Shown here piece by piece: positions 10,575-23,809 of a DNA stretch of 64,000 nt (its first letter is position 1; every line of letters starts with the position of its first letter). Position numbers and translations under genes: made by a program. The notes beneath the pieces are model-generated. The model was not told the DNA's origin, did not search any database, and saw only the letters and a program-made list of their open reading frames with translations. This stretch comes from Squalus acanthias (Eukaryota). The stretch spans positions 131,566,001-131,630,000 of the forward strand of contig CM059431.1 of NCBI GenBank assembly GCA_030390025.1, given 5' to 3'.

Positions 10575-11759
10575 TATATGTACAAAAAACCCACCAGATC
10601 TGCCCTTTGTTCCAGAATTCAGCCATAAGCACTTATATGTGAATAAAGACCTCACCTCATTCTTTTTGATTGGGTAGATATACTGCAGACTTTGCATTAC
10701 TGTGATGGTTTAGGATTTGGAGCAACACAGCATGTGCAATGTAATTGTAGCTAACTTAAGTTCAGGTTTCCATGTCAGGTGCAACATCACTTCCAGGAGG
10801 CACATTGAAACTGCTCAGGCTTTGCACTGACTGCAATATCGCTGCAACCAGTCTGAAACCAACTTTTTAAACTTAAATTTTAAAGGTTAAAAAGTACCCA
10901 TGGATCTTTAATGTTAATTAAAAAAACAATATGAATATGTTGACGAACATTTAACATTTCACTGGGATTTGGAAGCTAGTTAGTAGAGCACTGAGCACGA
11001 GCACAAGTACACATGTGCTCACAATATAACTCAGTATTGCTAGCTCACAATGCTCGTAAGCAGGCATTGGTGTCAGACTAGTACCTACAGTTTAACAGCA
11101 GTATGTGATATCTGTGATACTACCAGTTGGAATGATTTCTTCTCTTCTTAGGCAGTCCCTCGGAACCGAGGATGACTTTTGGAATGATTTATTGTGCTTG
11201 CAGCCAGACACACTTAAATAATATCCATAAAGAATGTTGGGATTACTTTGAACCTGGAGTTCACGCAGGATTTTGGATGGCCCAAACATGAGATGGAAAG
11301 TTTCAAAAGCTGCCAGTTAATATAGGTAAAATGTTTTGACATTTACACCACTTACTGGGTGAATGCATTGCCACCCTAAGGGTGTCTATGTTCCTGATCA
11401 GACTGTTACATACCATCAGGTCATATCAGCTCTTCTTTCCAAACCAGACTCCTGATGATAAGGCAGGTAGATACATTGAACAGGCAAAAAGCCAATTATT
11501 CAGACTCTTCCACAGATCAGATAAAATCAGTCTATCGTAGACTTCAGCCAATGTAATTAATCACCAGAGGAAAGGATTTTCAGGTAAATTGAACAAAAAT
11601 CTAATTAACTGATCTCCCACATCATTACTGAGAATTTTCCTGAGACCTCTCCCAGTCCGCTGACGTAACTTTGGTGAAGTTCAGCAGAAACCCTCTTATC
11701 TTCCTCAGCATGATATTGCTAGGATCCCAGCAGTTCAGAAAGCATCATACAATCACAGC

Positions 11760-12450
11760 ATTTCAAAATCATTATCTGTACTTATCCTTATAGCTCTCAA
11801 TTCTGTTTTAAGCAGATATTCATCCAGCTTTCTAAAAATAAAGATATTAACTGCTTTAGCTGGGATTCTGTTTCGCATAGCTGGGTGGATTCCTTCTAAT
11901 CTGAAGTCTTGTTTCAGGTTTATTGGTTTAGTACTGTGCTGTTGCTCAGTATCCACAATCCAAGTTTAGTATCAGGCTTTATTTACATTATCTATTCCTC
12001 TCATTTACTTTAAGCACTTGGATCATACCTCCTTTCAACCTTAATTTCCCCAATGAAAACCAATTCAGTTCCGAGTCCCTCTAGAATACTTAGAGTCCTA
12101 AAACCCAGAATCATCCTTTTCACTTTTTAAACCTTCTCTAGCAGACAATTGTCCTTTTGATGGGAAAACTGCCCAAAATTGAAGATGCTATTCCAAATTT
12201 GACCTCACAACTGATCTATTCAAGGTTTAAATAACCTATTTTGATTTAGAATTAAATGTCTTAAAGATACAAATCAGTACTTGATTAGTCTTGTTAATGG
12301 TTTCAATTTGACTGGATTTTTTTTAACGAACATCAGTAATCACAGTTGAATCTTCTCTACCTTGGCTGATGTACAAGTTTCATGTTTCCTGTTCCAATAT
12401 GCATTATTTTACTTTCATCCACTTTAAAATCCATTCGTTATTCTTCAGCC
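11760..12450 (-). mobile_element. Old, degraded CR1 3' fragment
   Basis: Minus-strand remnants such as NRIPAKAV..IFRKLDEYL resemble the CR1 ORF2 C-terminus. Heavily mutated. Confidence 0.55.
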
Positions 12451-12539
12451 CATCCATTAATTGTTTCAGATTACTTTGAATGGTATCGCTCTTAAATTTG
12501 GTCACATAAAAGCAAAAAATCCTTTTTGGTTCCTGCCAG

Positions 12540-13230
12540 CACCACAGTCCCTTTGCTTCCAACTTCAGCAGCCTACATGGTTGCATGCTCAGGATGAATC
12601 CAGTGATATTCCACCTTGGTGTTCTCTTTGACAATGTGCTGAGCTTTTCAACTCCATATTCAGTCTGTTTCCAAAACTTCATTATTCCACTTCTGGAACA
12701 TTGCCACTTTATGCTCCAATCTATCTCCAGATCTGCTGAAATATTAATCCATACCCTCATTACCTTGAGGATTGGTTATCAGCTTTCTAAAATTTTAGAT
12801 AACCCAGAGCGCTGATCTGGACTCCTCCTGTGCACCTATCACACTCATCCTTGCCGAGCTTCACCAGTAACTTCCATGCACCAAAACTATTTTAAAATTC
12901 ACATCTTCATTTTCATGTCTGTACCCAGCTTTACTCCATCCTGTCTGACTAATCTTCTCCCACCATACGTCCCTGCCCACTGCTGACACCAGTTTACTGC
13001 TAGATCTCCTGCTCCACCATCAGAGGCTGACCCTTCAGTCAGCACACCCCTGTTATTTAACGATGCTATCCCTCTCTCTGCCCTCAAAAGCCTCCTAAAA
13101 ACCTGACCTTACCTTCAGTCTTCCCCTTTCCCAATGTCCTCCTTTCCTGTTTGGTACACACCTCTTCCTTTGTAAAGCACTTTGAGATGTCTTTATTATG
13201 TGAGGAGTACAATATATAAATGCAAAATCT
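12540..13230 (+). mobile_element. Old L2 3' fragment with tail
   Basis: HLGVLFDNVLSF and SAEILIHTLITLRI motifs, plus the L2-type terminal motif tgtaaagcactttgagatg...tatataaatgcaa. Confidence 0.7.
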
Positions 13231-13544
13231 TGTTCTATAATTTGGTGTTGCCATCATGAAATAATAATGTTTGAATTTGGAGACTGACTGCCTTACATTA
13301 AAACATTTAAAAGTGCTTCACACAATTAATTTTCAAGTGCATTAACTGTTGTGACACTATTAGGAATGGCAGAGCCTCACTAGTCAATGCCCGAAGAGAA
13401 AGGTATTGATTTATGGTTACAGTGACATTGTCGCACCCACGACAACCAGAATTCCTTCTGCTTTCTATTTTTGAACCAGTTTTCAATAGAGTTAATTTAT
13501 GTGCTATTGATTCAATGAGCTTTAAATCAGCTTCATAAGGCAGA

Positions 13545-14085
13545 GCAGGGGGAGGTGCCCTGTGTGGTGCATTGGGTTACCTCTAAAACCTGGGTATGAA
13601 TCCAGCCTAGGTAGATTAGATGGAAGTTTATCCACTGAACAGCTGAGCCATACAGAGCAGCCAAGTCCTAGGTTTAATCTCTGCTCACTGCTGAGGTAGC
13701 TGAAGGATATTGCCAAAGGGCTAGAAGCTGGTCACTCATCCACCCTTTCAAAAGGGTCTTGCTGCTCTGCAAGATCTGAGTTAGCTTATAATTGGGTTCA
13801 GCACACTGGATTTGGGAAAGAAACAATGGTCGGGGTTCTTGTATCTAATTGCTAGTCCTTGACCCTTGCTAGAAGTGTGTGTGTCTGGATGTCAATTAAG
13901 GACAGGAGCAGGTTTGGCCTTAAGGCCCTCCATAGTTAAATAGCCAACTTTGCTCATTGCCAGGCTCCTTCCTGATTCCTGGCCACTAATGCCACATGCG
14001 AGAGGGTGACTGGCACCAGCGAAATAATGCCCCAGCAATGACTCAACACCTCTGGGTGAAGAGAAGGGAGGGAAATTGGCAAATA
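13545..14085 (+). mobile_element. Degenerate tRNA-derived SINE-like repeat
   Basis: B-box-like ggtatgaatcc and ggtttaatct motifs and an A-rich end. The body resembles a shark interspersed repeat I recognise only loosely. Confidence 0.45.
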
Positions 14086-15820
14086 AAAAAGATTTATAGA
14101 TTTATGTCGCACTCCTTTTATTTTAATAATGGAAAAAAGATTTGCTGTTGTTCAGTCCTTGGATACAGCTGCTTTATTTATGGAGCTCTTAAAATATTAA
14201 TCTGGCCCTTGCCTATTTTTTCTCTCTTTAAGGATTCTAGGGTGCAGGCCATTGCACAATAAGGCCACCCCCTCCACAACTAGAGTGCCAGAGATTAGAC
14301 ATGCTCATTATATCTCTCCTCCACTAGATTATTAGTTATTGGATGTATTCAGCAGAAGACCATCCTTGTTTTCCTCACTAAATTATCAAGAATCCTTTTT
14401 CCCACTAATTTGTGCAAAATTGAACATTTCACAGCAGGAACATTCACACCTGTACAATTATTTATTACATTACATTATGACATCAGATGCTGATTGCATC
14501 CTCTTGCCTTTGCCAAGAATTGCTGAGGATAACAGGATGAGGACACCAGGCCCTAATTTGTCCTGTAAAGCATTTATCAGAGCTGTACTGCAACACTTAT
14601 ATAATCTGGTACATTTTGCAAACTGTTTCATTTGAATATTTGAAGGTTGTGAGTTTATTCTTTGGTCGGTTTATATTGTTGTGAGTATAATGCAACTGTC
14701 ACAGCAGTGTAATGTTGAAAATATAAAGAGGCCTTTACATTAAATATTGTTAAGAGTGCTCCTCCTAAATGAGTTAGATAGCTTTACCTTAAAAGTGTTT
14801 ACATCTAAGCTTACGGAATCCTTGCTGTGACCCTGACATACATTCCAGCCAAACAACTGATGTATATCTTATCTCACCTTTCTTAACTGAGAAAATCTAT
14901 AACCTTGATTTATATTTATAAGAGTTCTACAGCACTGTTCTATTTGCATTCAATCCATAAATGCATTTATTTTCACACAACATTTTTAGCCAGAAGGTTA
15001 TTTCATATATTCTATAAATGAAAAAAGGCACTTTTTTCCTACCTCATGGGGTTATTTTCAAAGTGAGTTGGATGAAGAACAAGTCACTTATTCATCTTCC
15101 ACTAAGAATATTGCAAGTCTTCAGAGATACCTACCACCCCACCCGCCTCCAAATTTTGAATTGTAAAGCTGCCCTTTCTCGACTGTGTATTAGTCAATTC
15201 TATTAGTTTCTTCAAGTTGAAACAGTTTTCTTGATGCTTTATCTATAGCTGACAGAGTAAACTAAAATGATATGGTGATTGGCCACTTCTTTTTCCCCTG
15301 GCGTACTCTGAAAAAAATTCTGCATCAATATATCATTTTACTTGAGAATAAATTTAAAGTGGATGGGATGGCTGTGCAGACTCATGTGCCACTTGAGTGC
15401 TAGGACACAGCTTCTTGCACATAATTCTCCACATACTGAGTTCCTGGTCTTAGCTTTGCTGCTGTAGGGTAGTGCCAAGCACAAGATCGGATCCTTTCCC
15501 TAGGGAATGAAGAGATAGCTGGAGAGTTATCCCGGGTAGGCAATTTCCCATTTGTCCTTTCAGCTAAGAATGATGTGTAGCACAGGGAGACCCATGAAAG
15601 CAGAAGATAAGCAAATAGCTTAAAAGAGGGAATATTTTTGTTGAAATTCAGGTATCTATTCTTCAACGTACATAAACAGTGGATGAGACTAATTACCTTG
15701 CAAGTTCCAAATTGCAACTGTCCTGTCAGGAATGTGCAGAGCAAAACCTAATCGCTTCTATATAGGAAGGTGAATAAACTGAGGGAAGTCACTCTGGCCT
15801 TTTTAACACAAAAGTGCCTT

Positions 15821-17890
15821 TTTGTTCATCCCTGTTTGGCATAAAAATAAAACAAAAAAGGTGACTCAACCGTGGCTAACAAGGGAAATTAGGGATAGCA
15901 TAAGATCCAAGGAGAGGACATATAAATTGGCCAGAAAAAGCAGCAAACCTGAGGATTGGGAGCAGTTTAGGATTCAGCAAAGGAGGACAAAGGGATTAAT
16001 TAAGAGGGGGAAAATAGAGTATGAGAGTAAGCTTGCAGGGAACATAAAAACTGACTGTAAAAGCTTCTATAGATATGTGAAGAGAAAAAGATTGGTGAAG
16101 TCAAGCGTAGGTCCTTGCAGTCAGAATCAGGGGAATTTATAATGGGGAACAAAGAAATAGCAGACCAATTAAATACATACTTTGGTTCTGTCTTCACAAA
16201 GGAGGATACAAATAAACTCCCAGTGATGTCGGGGAAGATAGGGTCTAATGAGAGGGAGGAATTGAATGAAATCAGTATTTGTAGGGAAATGGTGTTAGGG
16301 AAATTGACGGGATTGAAGGCCGATAAATCCCCAGGGCCTGATAATCTACATCCTAGGGTACTTAAGGAAGTGGCCCTAGAAATAGTAGATGCATTGCTGG
16401 TCATCTTTCAAAATTCTATAGACTCTGGAACAGTTCCCATGGATTGGAGAGTAGCTAGTGTAACCCCACTATTTAAAAAAGGTGGTAGAGAAAAAACGGG
16501 GAATTATAGACCGGTAAGCCTGACATCGGTAGTGGGGAAAATGCTAGAGTCCATTATAAAAGATGTAATAGCAGAGCACTTGGAAAACAGCGACAGGATC
16601 GGACAAAGTCAACATGGATTTACAAAAGGTAGATCATGCCTGACTAATCTACTGGAATTTTTTGAGGATGTAACTGGTAGAATAGATAAGGGAGAACCAG
16701 TGGATGTGGTGTATTTGGACTTTCAGAAGGCTTTCGATAAGGTCCTGCATAAGAGATTAGCATGCAAAGTTAAAGCACATGGGATTGGGGGTAAGGTACT
16801 GATTTGGATAGAGAACTGGTTGGCAGACAGGAAGCAAAGAGTTGGAATAAACGGGTCTTTTTCCGAGTGGCAGGCAGTGACTAGTGGGGTCCCGCAGGGA
16901 TCGGTGCTAGGACCCCAGTTATTCACAATATATATTAATGATCTAGACGAGGGAACTAGATGTAATATGTCTAAGTTTGCAGACGACACAAAGCTGGGTG
17001 GGCGTGTGTGCTGTGAGGAGGATGCAGAGAAACTCCAGTATGATTTGGACAGGTTGGGTGAGTGGGCAGATGCATGGCAGATGCAGTATAATGTGGATAA
17101 ATGCGAGGTTATCCACTTTGGTGGCAAAAACAGGAAGACAGATTATTATCTGAACGGCAATAGAGTGGAAAAAGGGGAAGTGCAACGAGATCTGGGAGTC
17201 CTTGTGCACCAGTCGCTGAAGGTAAGCATGCAGGTGCAGCAGGCGGTTAAGAAGGCAAATGGTATATTGGCCTTCATAGCGAGAGGATTCGAGTACAGGA
17301 GCAAGGATGTCTTGCTGCAGTTGTGCAAGGCCTTGGTGAGACCACACCTTGAGTATTGAGTGCAGTTTTGGTCGCCTTATCTGAGGAAGGATGTTCTTGC
17401 CATGGAGGGAGTGCAGCGAAGATTTACCAGACTGATACCTGGGATGGCAGGAATGACGTATGAAGAGAGATTGAGTCGATTAGGCTTATATTCGCTAGAG
17501 TTTAGAAGAATGAGAGGGGATCTCATTGAAACTTATAAAATTCTAACAGGACTAGACAGACTAGATGCAGGAAGGATGTTCCCGATGGCGGGGGAGTCCA
17601 GAACCAGAGGTCACAGTCTAAGGATAAGGGGTAAGCCATTTAGGACTGAGATGAGGAGGAATTTCTTCACCCAGAGAGTGGTGAACCTGTGGAATTCTCT
17701 ACCACAGAAGGCAGTTGAGGCCAATTCATTAAATATATTCAAGAAGGAGATAGATATATTTCTTAAGGCTAAAGGGATCAAGGGATATGGGGAGAAAGCA
17801 GGGACAGGGTACTGAATTTGGATGATCAGCCATGATCTCATTAAATGGCGGAGCAGGCTCGAGGGGCCGAATGGCCTGCTCCTATCTTCT
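15821..17890 (+). mobile_element. 5'-truncated CR1 LINE, ORF2 reverse transcriptase, relatively young
   Basis: KSPGPD, NYRPVSLTS, QHGFTKGRSCLTNL, YLDFQKAFDKV, GVPQGSVLGP and KFADDTK motifs. One frameshift at ~16115-16140 and one stop at 17357-17359. The 3' UTR is present. Confidence 0.97.
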
Positions 17891-17992
17891 ATGCTACCCC
17901 TTAGCAGACTGCAAAGGGCAAGAGAGACATTGCCAAAGGGTTCGCAGCTGGTCACCCACCCACCCTTTCAAGAGGGTCTTGGTGCTCTGCAA

Positions 17993-18282
17993 TAGAATCA
18001 TAGACATTTACGGCACAGAAGGAGGCCATTTGGCCCATCGTTTCTGTGCTGGCCGAAAAAGAGCTACCCAGCCGAATCTGACTTTCCAGCTCTTGGTCCA
18101 TAGCCCTGTAGGTTACGGCACTTCAAGTGCATATCAAAGTACTTTTTAAATGTGATAAGGGTTTCTGCCTTTACCACCCTTTCAGGCAGTGAGTTCCAGA
18201 CCCCTATCACCCTCTGGATGAAAAAAGTTCTCTTCAACTCCCCTCTAATCCTTCTACCAATTACTTTAAATCTATGCCCCCT
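17993..18282 (-). mobile_element. CR1 3'-end fragment
   Basis: Reverse complement aligns by eye to 20318-20605 (RGHRFK..FF.QRV..VWNSLP) and ends in a ctatgattctat tail. Confidence 0.88.
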
Positions 18283-18609
18283 AAGCTGTAGGTGTAGGTT
18301 ATATCTTCTCTTTGTTGAATGAAAAAACAGTTTAATATTGTTGTATAAATATTAAATCAGAGCAGTATTCTACTGGAAAGTATAGAACACCAGTTTCAGT
18401 GCTTTATCTGATTTAATGGTTTGATTGAATTCATTTCTTCTGCTCTAACGAGGACATCACTACTTGCTATTTGGTCACTACATACCTTCCATTGTCTGGT
18501 TATATAACATGAAATGGAAATAAGTTTGATACTGACAGAGAATTGAAGGCTTATACTAGTATTGTGTCAAGTAAGCAATGAGTTGAGCAGGTGGCTACAA
18601 AACCTCAGA

Positions 18610-20609
18610 GCACGAGAATGGATCAGGAAAAAAAGGAGGGCTTTTGGCAGATACAAAATGCTAAAGACGGAGGAAGCACTAGAGGAGTACAAAAAGTGCA
18701 GGGGGATACTTAAAAAAGAAATTAGGAGATCAAAGAGGGGCCATGAAATAACACTGGCGAGCAAAATAAAGGAAAATCCTAAGATGTTTTATAAGTATAT
18801 TAAGGGTAAGAGGATAACTAGGGAAAAAATAGGGCCCATTAGGGACAAAAGTGGCAATCTGTGTGTGGAGCCGGAAAATGTAGGTGGGGTTCTAAATGAA
18901 TTTTTTGCATCTGTTTTCACTATGGAGAAGGACGATGCAGACATAAAATTAGGGCAGGGGGACTGTGATATACTCGAACATTTTAACATCGAGAGGGAGG
19001 AGGTATTGGTGGTTTTAGCAGGTCTAAAAATGGATAAATCCCCAGGTCCGGACGAAATGTATCCCAGGCTGCTGTGTGAGGCAAAGGAGGAGATTGCGGG
19101 GGCTCTAACACATATATTCAGAACCTCTCTGGCCACAGGGGATGTGCCAGAGGACTGGAGAACTGCTAATGTAGTACCATTATTCAAGAAAGGGAGTAGG
19201 GAAAAACCGGGGAACTACAGGCCAGTGAGCCTAACATCAGTGGTAGGAAAATTATTGGAAAAAATTCTGAGGGACAAAATCAGTCTCCACTTGGAGAGGC
19301 AAGGATTAATCAGGGTTAGCCAACATGGCTTTGTCAAGTGAAGATCATGTCTGACTAATTTGATTGAACTTTTTGAGGGGGTGACTAGGTGTGTGGATGA
19401 GGGTAACGCAGTGGATGTGGTATACATGGATTTCAGTAAGGCCTTCGATAAAGTCCCGCACAGGAGACTGGTCAAGAAGGTAAGAGCCCATGGAATCCAG
19501 GGTGCCTTGGCACATTGGATACAAAACTGGCTCAGTGGCAGAAGGCAGAGGATGATGGTCGAAGGTTGTTTTTGTGACTGGAAGCCTGTAGCCAGTGGGG
19601 TACCACAGGGATCGGTGCTGGGTCCCTTGCTGTTTGTGGTCTACATTAACGACTTGGATATGAATGTAAAAGGTATGATCAGTAAGTTCGCGGATGATAC
19701 AAAAATTGGTAGGATGGTAAATAGCAAGGAGGGTAGCCTCAGTCTGCAGGACAATATAGATGGGTTGGTCAGATGGGCGGAACAGTGGCAAATGGAATTT
19801 AATCCGGAAAAGTGCGAGGTGATGCATTTTGGAGGGACTAACAAGGCAACAGAATACACAATGAATGGTAAGACCCTAGGCAAGACGGAGGGTCAGAGGG
19901 ATCTTGGTGTGCAAGTACACAGATCCCTGAAGGCGGCGGAACAGGTGGATAAGGTGGTAAAAAAGGCATATGAGATACTTGCATTCATTAGCCGAGGCAT
20001 AGAATATAAGAGCAAGGAGGTTATGATGGAGCTGTATAAAACACTGGTTAGGCCACATCTGGAATACTGTGTGCAGTTCTGGTCGCCACACTACAGGAAG
20101 GATGTGATCGCTTTGGAGAGGGTGCAGAGGAGATTCACCAGAATGTTACCCGGGCTGGAGTGCTTCAGCTATGAAGAGAGACTGGGCAGATTGGGTTTGT
20201 TTTCCTTGGAGCAGAGGAGGCTGAGGGGGGACATGATTGAGGTGTACAAAATTATGAGGGGCATAGATAGGATGGATACTAAGGAGCTTTTTCCCTTAGT
20301 AGAGGGGTCTATAACAAGGGGGCATAGATTCAAGGTAAAGGGCGGGAGGTTTAGAAGGGATTTGAGAAAGAACTTTTTCACCCAGAGGGTGGTTGGAGTC
20401 TGGAACTCACTGCCTGAAAGGGTTGTGGAGGCAGGAACCCTCACAACATTCAAGAAGCATTTGGATGAGCACTTGAAATGCCATAGCATACAAGGCTACG
20501 GACCAAATGCAGGAATATGGGATTAGATTAGACAGGGCTTGATGGCCAGCGTGGACACGATGGGCCGAAGGGCCTCTATCCGTGCTGTATAACTCTATGA
20601 CTCTATAAC
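18610..20609 (+). mobile_element. 5'-truncated CR1 LINE (second family), ORF2 reverse transcriptase
   Basis: ORFs 18562..19341 and 19360..20526 are in the same frame and separated by a single TGA in QHGFVK*RSCLTNL. FADDTK motif present. Tail aactctatgactctataac. Confidence 0.97.
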
Positions 20610-21297
20610 ACCCAGGGTATTTCTGTAGCAAGCAGGGAAAGGGACTCCAGAGGAAGAGGAAATCAGTAATTGTTATGGTATATTTGATCTTTAAGTATTT
20701 AGATAGGAAGATATGTAGACCTAACCATGAGAACTTCCAGGTATGTTACCTCCCTGATGCGAGGGCCACTGATCACTGATCATGGGTGGATGATCTTATA
20801 AAGAGGCTGGGGAGATACCATTCATTTCAGTCCATGTTGGAAATAATGACCTATTTAAACCAAGAAGTTAAGGGACAAAGGCTAGTACAGGTGTACAGGA
20901 TAGCCAGGAAGATTCAGTTAGGAAGCAATAAAATCCTGTGTACAGCATAGTATGGGGAGACAATAGCGAGTCTGGGGATTTCACAGGTAAGGCAAGGAAG
21001 AAGCAGCAATGGAAGAAAGAGCCAAGCATCAATGGGGCACAGGTGAATGAATGGAAGGGGTTATACACAAATAAAGGATATAAAACTAGCAACAGAAATA
21101 TCTGAATTAGAATAATTGAAAGAAAATGTCATCATTATAGGTATAATGGAAACTTGGTGGGGGAAAGAGCATGAATGGGACACTGGGAGGTAAAATCTGT
21201 TCAGAATAGATATAGGTGGAAGGAGCTGCATTTTATAAAAAGGATAGCATAAGTGTACAGAGAGCCTAGACATCAGAGAGTACATGCAAGAGACTGA

Positions 21298-23809
21298 GGG
21301 GGAAAAATTGGGTATCGCCCATTTTGGAGCGCTAATATCTGCCAGGTGCAAAGTTTAGCGCCTGGCGCTAATTATCGCCTCTGACTGCAAAATTCGCCTC
21401 TATTGCCCCATGAGGTGATTTGAGCGCTAAATCAGGCGTTACACACCTCTCTTAAGGCGCAAACGTCAGGGAGCGAGGCGCTACCTCAGAACGCTACCGA
21501 AGCTTAGGCGATGTCAGTTACCGTAGAAGCCAGGCTGACTGGCGCCGTCGAGTTCTTAAAGGGGATGGGCCATCTTGCTGGCCAGCCACACCCTGCTCAT
21601 TGCAGCCTTGAATCTCGGCCTGGAGAGACCTCTAAAGCAATTGTGCTGGAAGCACTCGTGGATAGGCTGTGAGGTTTCCAAAATTTGCAGATCCCCAAAA
21701 CCTAAGGAAAAAGGACTTTGGAACTACCTCAGAGTGAAAATATTGCATTTGGGCCTAACCTAAGAGACTATAAGACCAAAAACCAAGTTTTGGCATTTTA
21801 AAACTATGTCTGGGCCTGTAAAGGGAGAAAAGGCTGTGAAGGAAGCTGGGCTCAACCTCTGTAAAAGCAGTTTTGGTTATTGCAGTTAATTGCACTGTCT
21901 GGGGAACCGGGATGACCCTACTCAAGCCCCAGCAAGCATTAACATTTTGACAATAGACCCTGGGAGAAGACAGTCCCACCCAAAATAACAGGCCCCATCA
22001 AACCGATTACAGGACCCATCAGAAAACATGCATAATACAAATCACTCAGGACCAGGCTATAGAAAAGACTGAGTCCAGCCTAGAAACCCAAAACACGAAA
22101 CCAATCACCAGTGATCAGCCAAGGAGATCGACAGGATGCAAACCATCTCAGAACCCATTTGACACTTACAGAGCAGTTACTGGTAACAGGCCCGCCAAAA
22201 ATCAGACAATGAACTGAGCAGATTTGGCGGGTAGATAAGGCCATGTTCAATGGGTGAGATTAAAGGCCTGTTAAAAACCCAGTTAAAGCGCTAGTAAGTC
22301 GTTACTGATTTACGAGCCCGCCAAAAACCAGACAATGAACTGAGTAGATTTGGCGGGTAGATAAGGCCACTTCAATTTAGTATAATTGAAGGCCCACCAA
22401 GCACACACAGCAGTTCAAAGTTGGGAGTCGAGCAGTCAGTCGCAACCGGTGGTCATCAGAAGGAGAAGAGACCAAGAAGAAGAAGGCCCGAGCTGGAAGC
22501 GAGTCGGCATCGCTCACCACTCAGATACACCTGAGTCCAGCTCGCGAAGATATCACCTCGACGGACCTCCAACAATGGCCCCAACACAGTCACCCAGAGC
22601 AACAAGCAGCAACAAGTCACCGACGGCCCCACGAGGTCAACCGACACACTAAACAAGGCCTAAAGCCATCGCGGAAACCAAAGGCCTCACGAAACCAACA
22701 ACCGCGCATTACCCCCAACTGACCGGGTAATAGCAGGCCACCGTGACCAACAAAGATCAACTCAAGGGAAGAAAACCCGAAAAACCGCAAAGTTTCCACA
22801 CTACAAACTACTCCTGACTTACCCCATGGTAAGATTTTCCCCAAAGACTCTAAACCCTACTGCTAAACTAAAGAAATTGGGTACTCACCAGATAAATCCA
22901 AAACGACATCCTACCGCATCAGCGGACTCGCGAAGACTGACCAGAGACCCAGGTGAAGTCCTCTACCGCGTACGGGGTACGGCAGACACTAACCGCCATA
23001 AACAGCGAACCCCAAAACCGCGATTTAGCCCAACTGTCAAAGGATTGGTGAGCATTATCCCTGGTCCTTCAAAACCTAACTTAGCTAGTAAAGTGGGGTT
23101 GGGAGGGGTGAAGTATTGTTCTACTGTCATTTCCCTCGCTTGTACCGAAGTGTTCCCCACCTTTAGAGTGTTAAGAGTGCTATTATTTGTGTCTTACCTT
23201 TTAATAAAGATTGAAGTTCTTTCATCAAACTCAGTTGTCTGCTGCACCTTTGTATCACAACCCCCAAATAAGTCCAAAGTCTAGAACCAAGGGAGTGGGA
23301 GCGATTCGAACCGCTCAGAAGTCAGAGGTAAAGCTGACACAAACCACCACCATCTACAAGGCTCAGGGAAAGAGCTCGCCGCTTAGGAATCTCAAAAGTG
23401 GTGCTGAGGGCCAAAACTCCTTAGGACAGCGTTAAATCTTTCCAGACGTCTCTCTCCCTCTCAACCTGCGTGTACCAAAAATTTTGCCGACAAGTAAAGG
23501 CAGGAAGCGCCCGCCTTTAAACAGCGCTCCCCCAGCTCCTTCCCAACTTGAAAATGTTCCCCTCTACCTGTCGTTCCTAACAGCAGGCACTAAGGCAGGG
23601 GGCGCGACTCAATTTCCGGTCTGGGGTGCTACCAGGGCGTTACACGCTTGCATGATGTCACGATCTGTGGGCGCAGGAGATCATGGCGGTAGTGCTTAGT
23701 GCCAGCGCAAAACAACTGGTCAATTTCGCTTGGGCGCTAAGTTGCTAGCGCCCTGTTAGCGCCTCCAGGGGTGCTAACGGGAGGTGCTAACCAACCGAAT
23801 TTTTCCCCC
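21298..23809 (-). mobile_element. Harbinger-type MITE, subfamily B, containing a solo LTR
   Basis: TIRs gggggaaaaatt / aatttttccccc. TGA TSD at 21295-21297 and 23810-23812. Colinear with 43918-44795 once 21668-23358 is removed. Confidence 0.9.
21668..23358 (+). mobile_element. Solo LTR (1691 bp), Gypsy- or ERV-type
   Basis: TGT...ACA termini. 4-bp TSD aggc at 21664-21667 and 23359-23362. Absent from the sister MITE copy at 43918. TATA-like tataat at 22381, AATAAA at 23203-23208, and an internal 54-bp direct repeat. Confidence 0.82.

Noticed and set aside
11135..11180. Possible RTE-type LINE terminal fragment (cttcttaggcagtccctcg..gaggatgactt)
   Set aside because: Only ~45 bp and recognised from memory, which is too little to call.
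16115..20526. Functional reverse transcriptase genes or a novel RT system
   Set aside because: These are ordinary 5'-truncated CR1 ORF2 fragments with premature stops, no endonuclease and no promoter.
22386..23435. Short ORFs inside the solo LTR as gag or accessory genes
   Set aside because: No recognisable retroviral motifs, PBS or PPT, and the lengths are compatible with chance.
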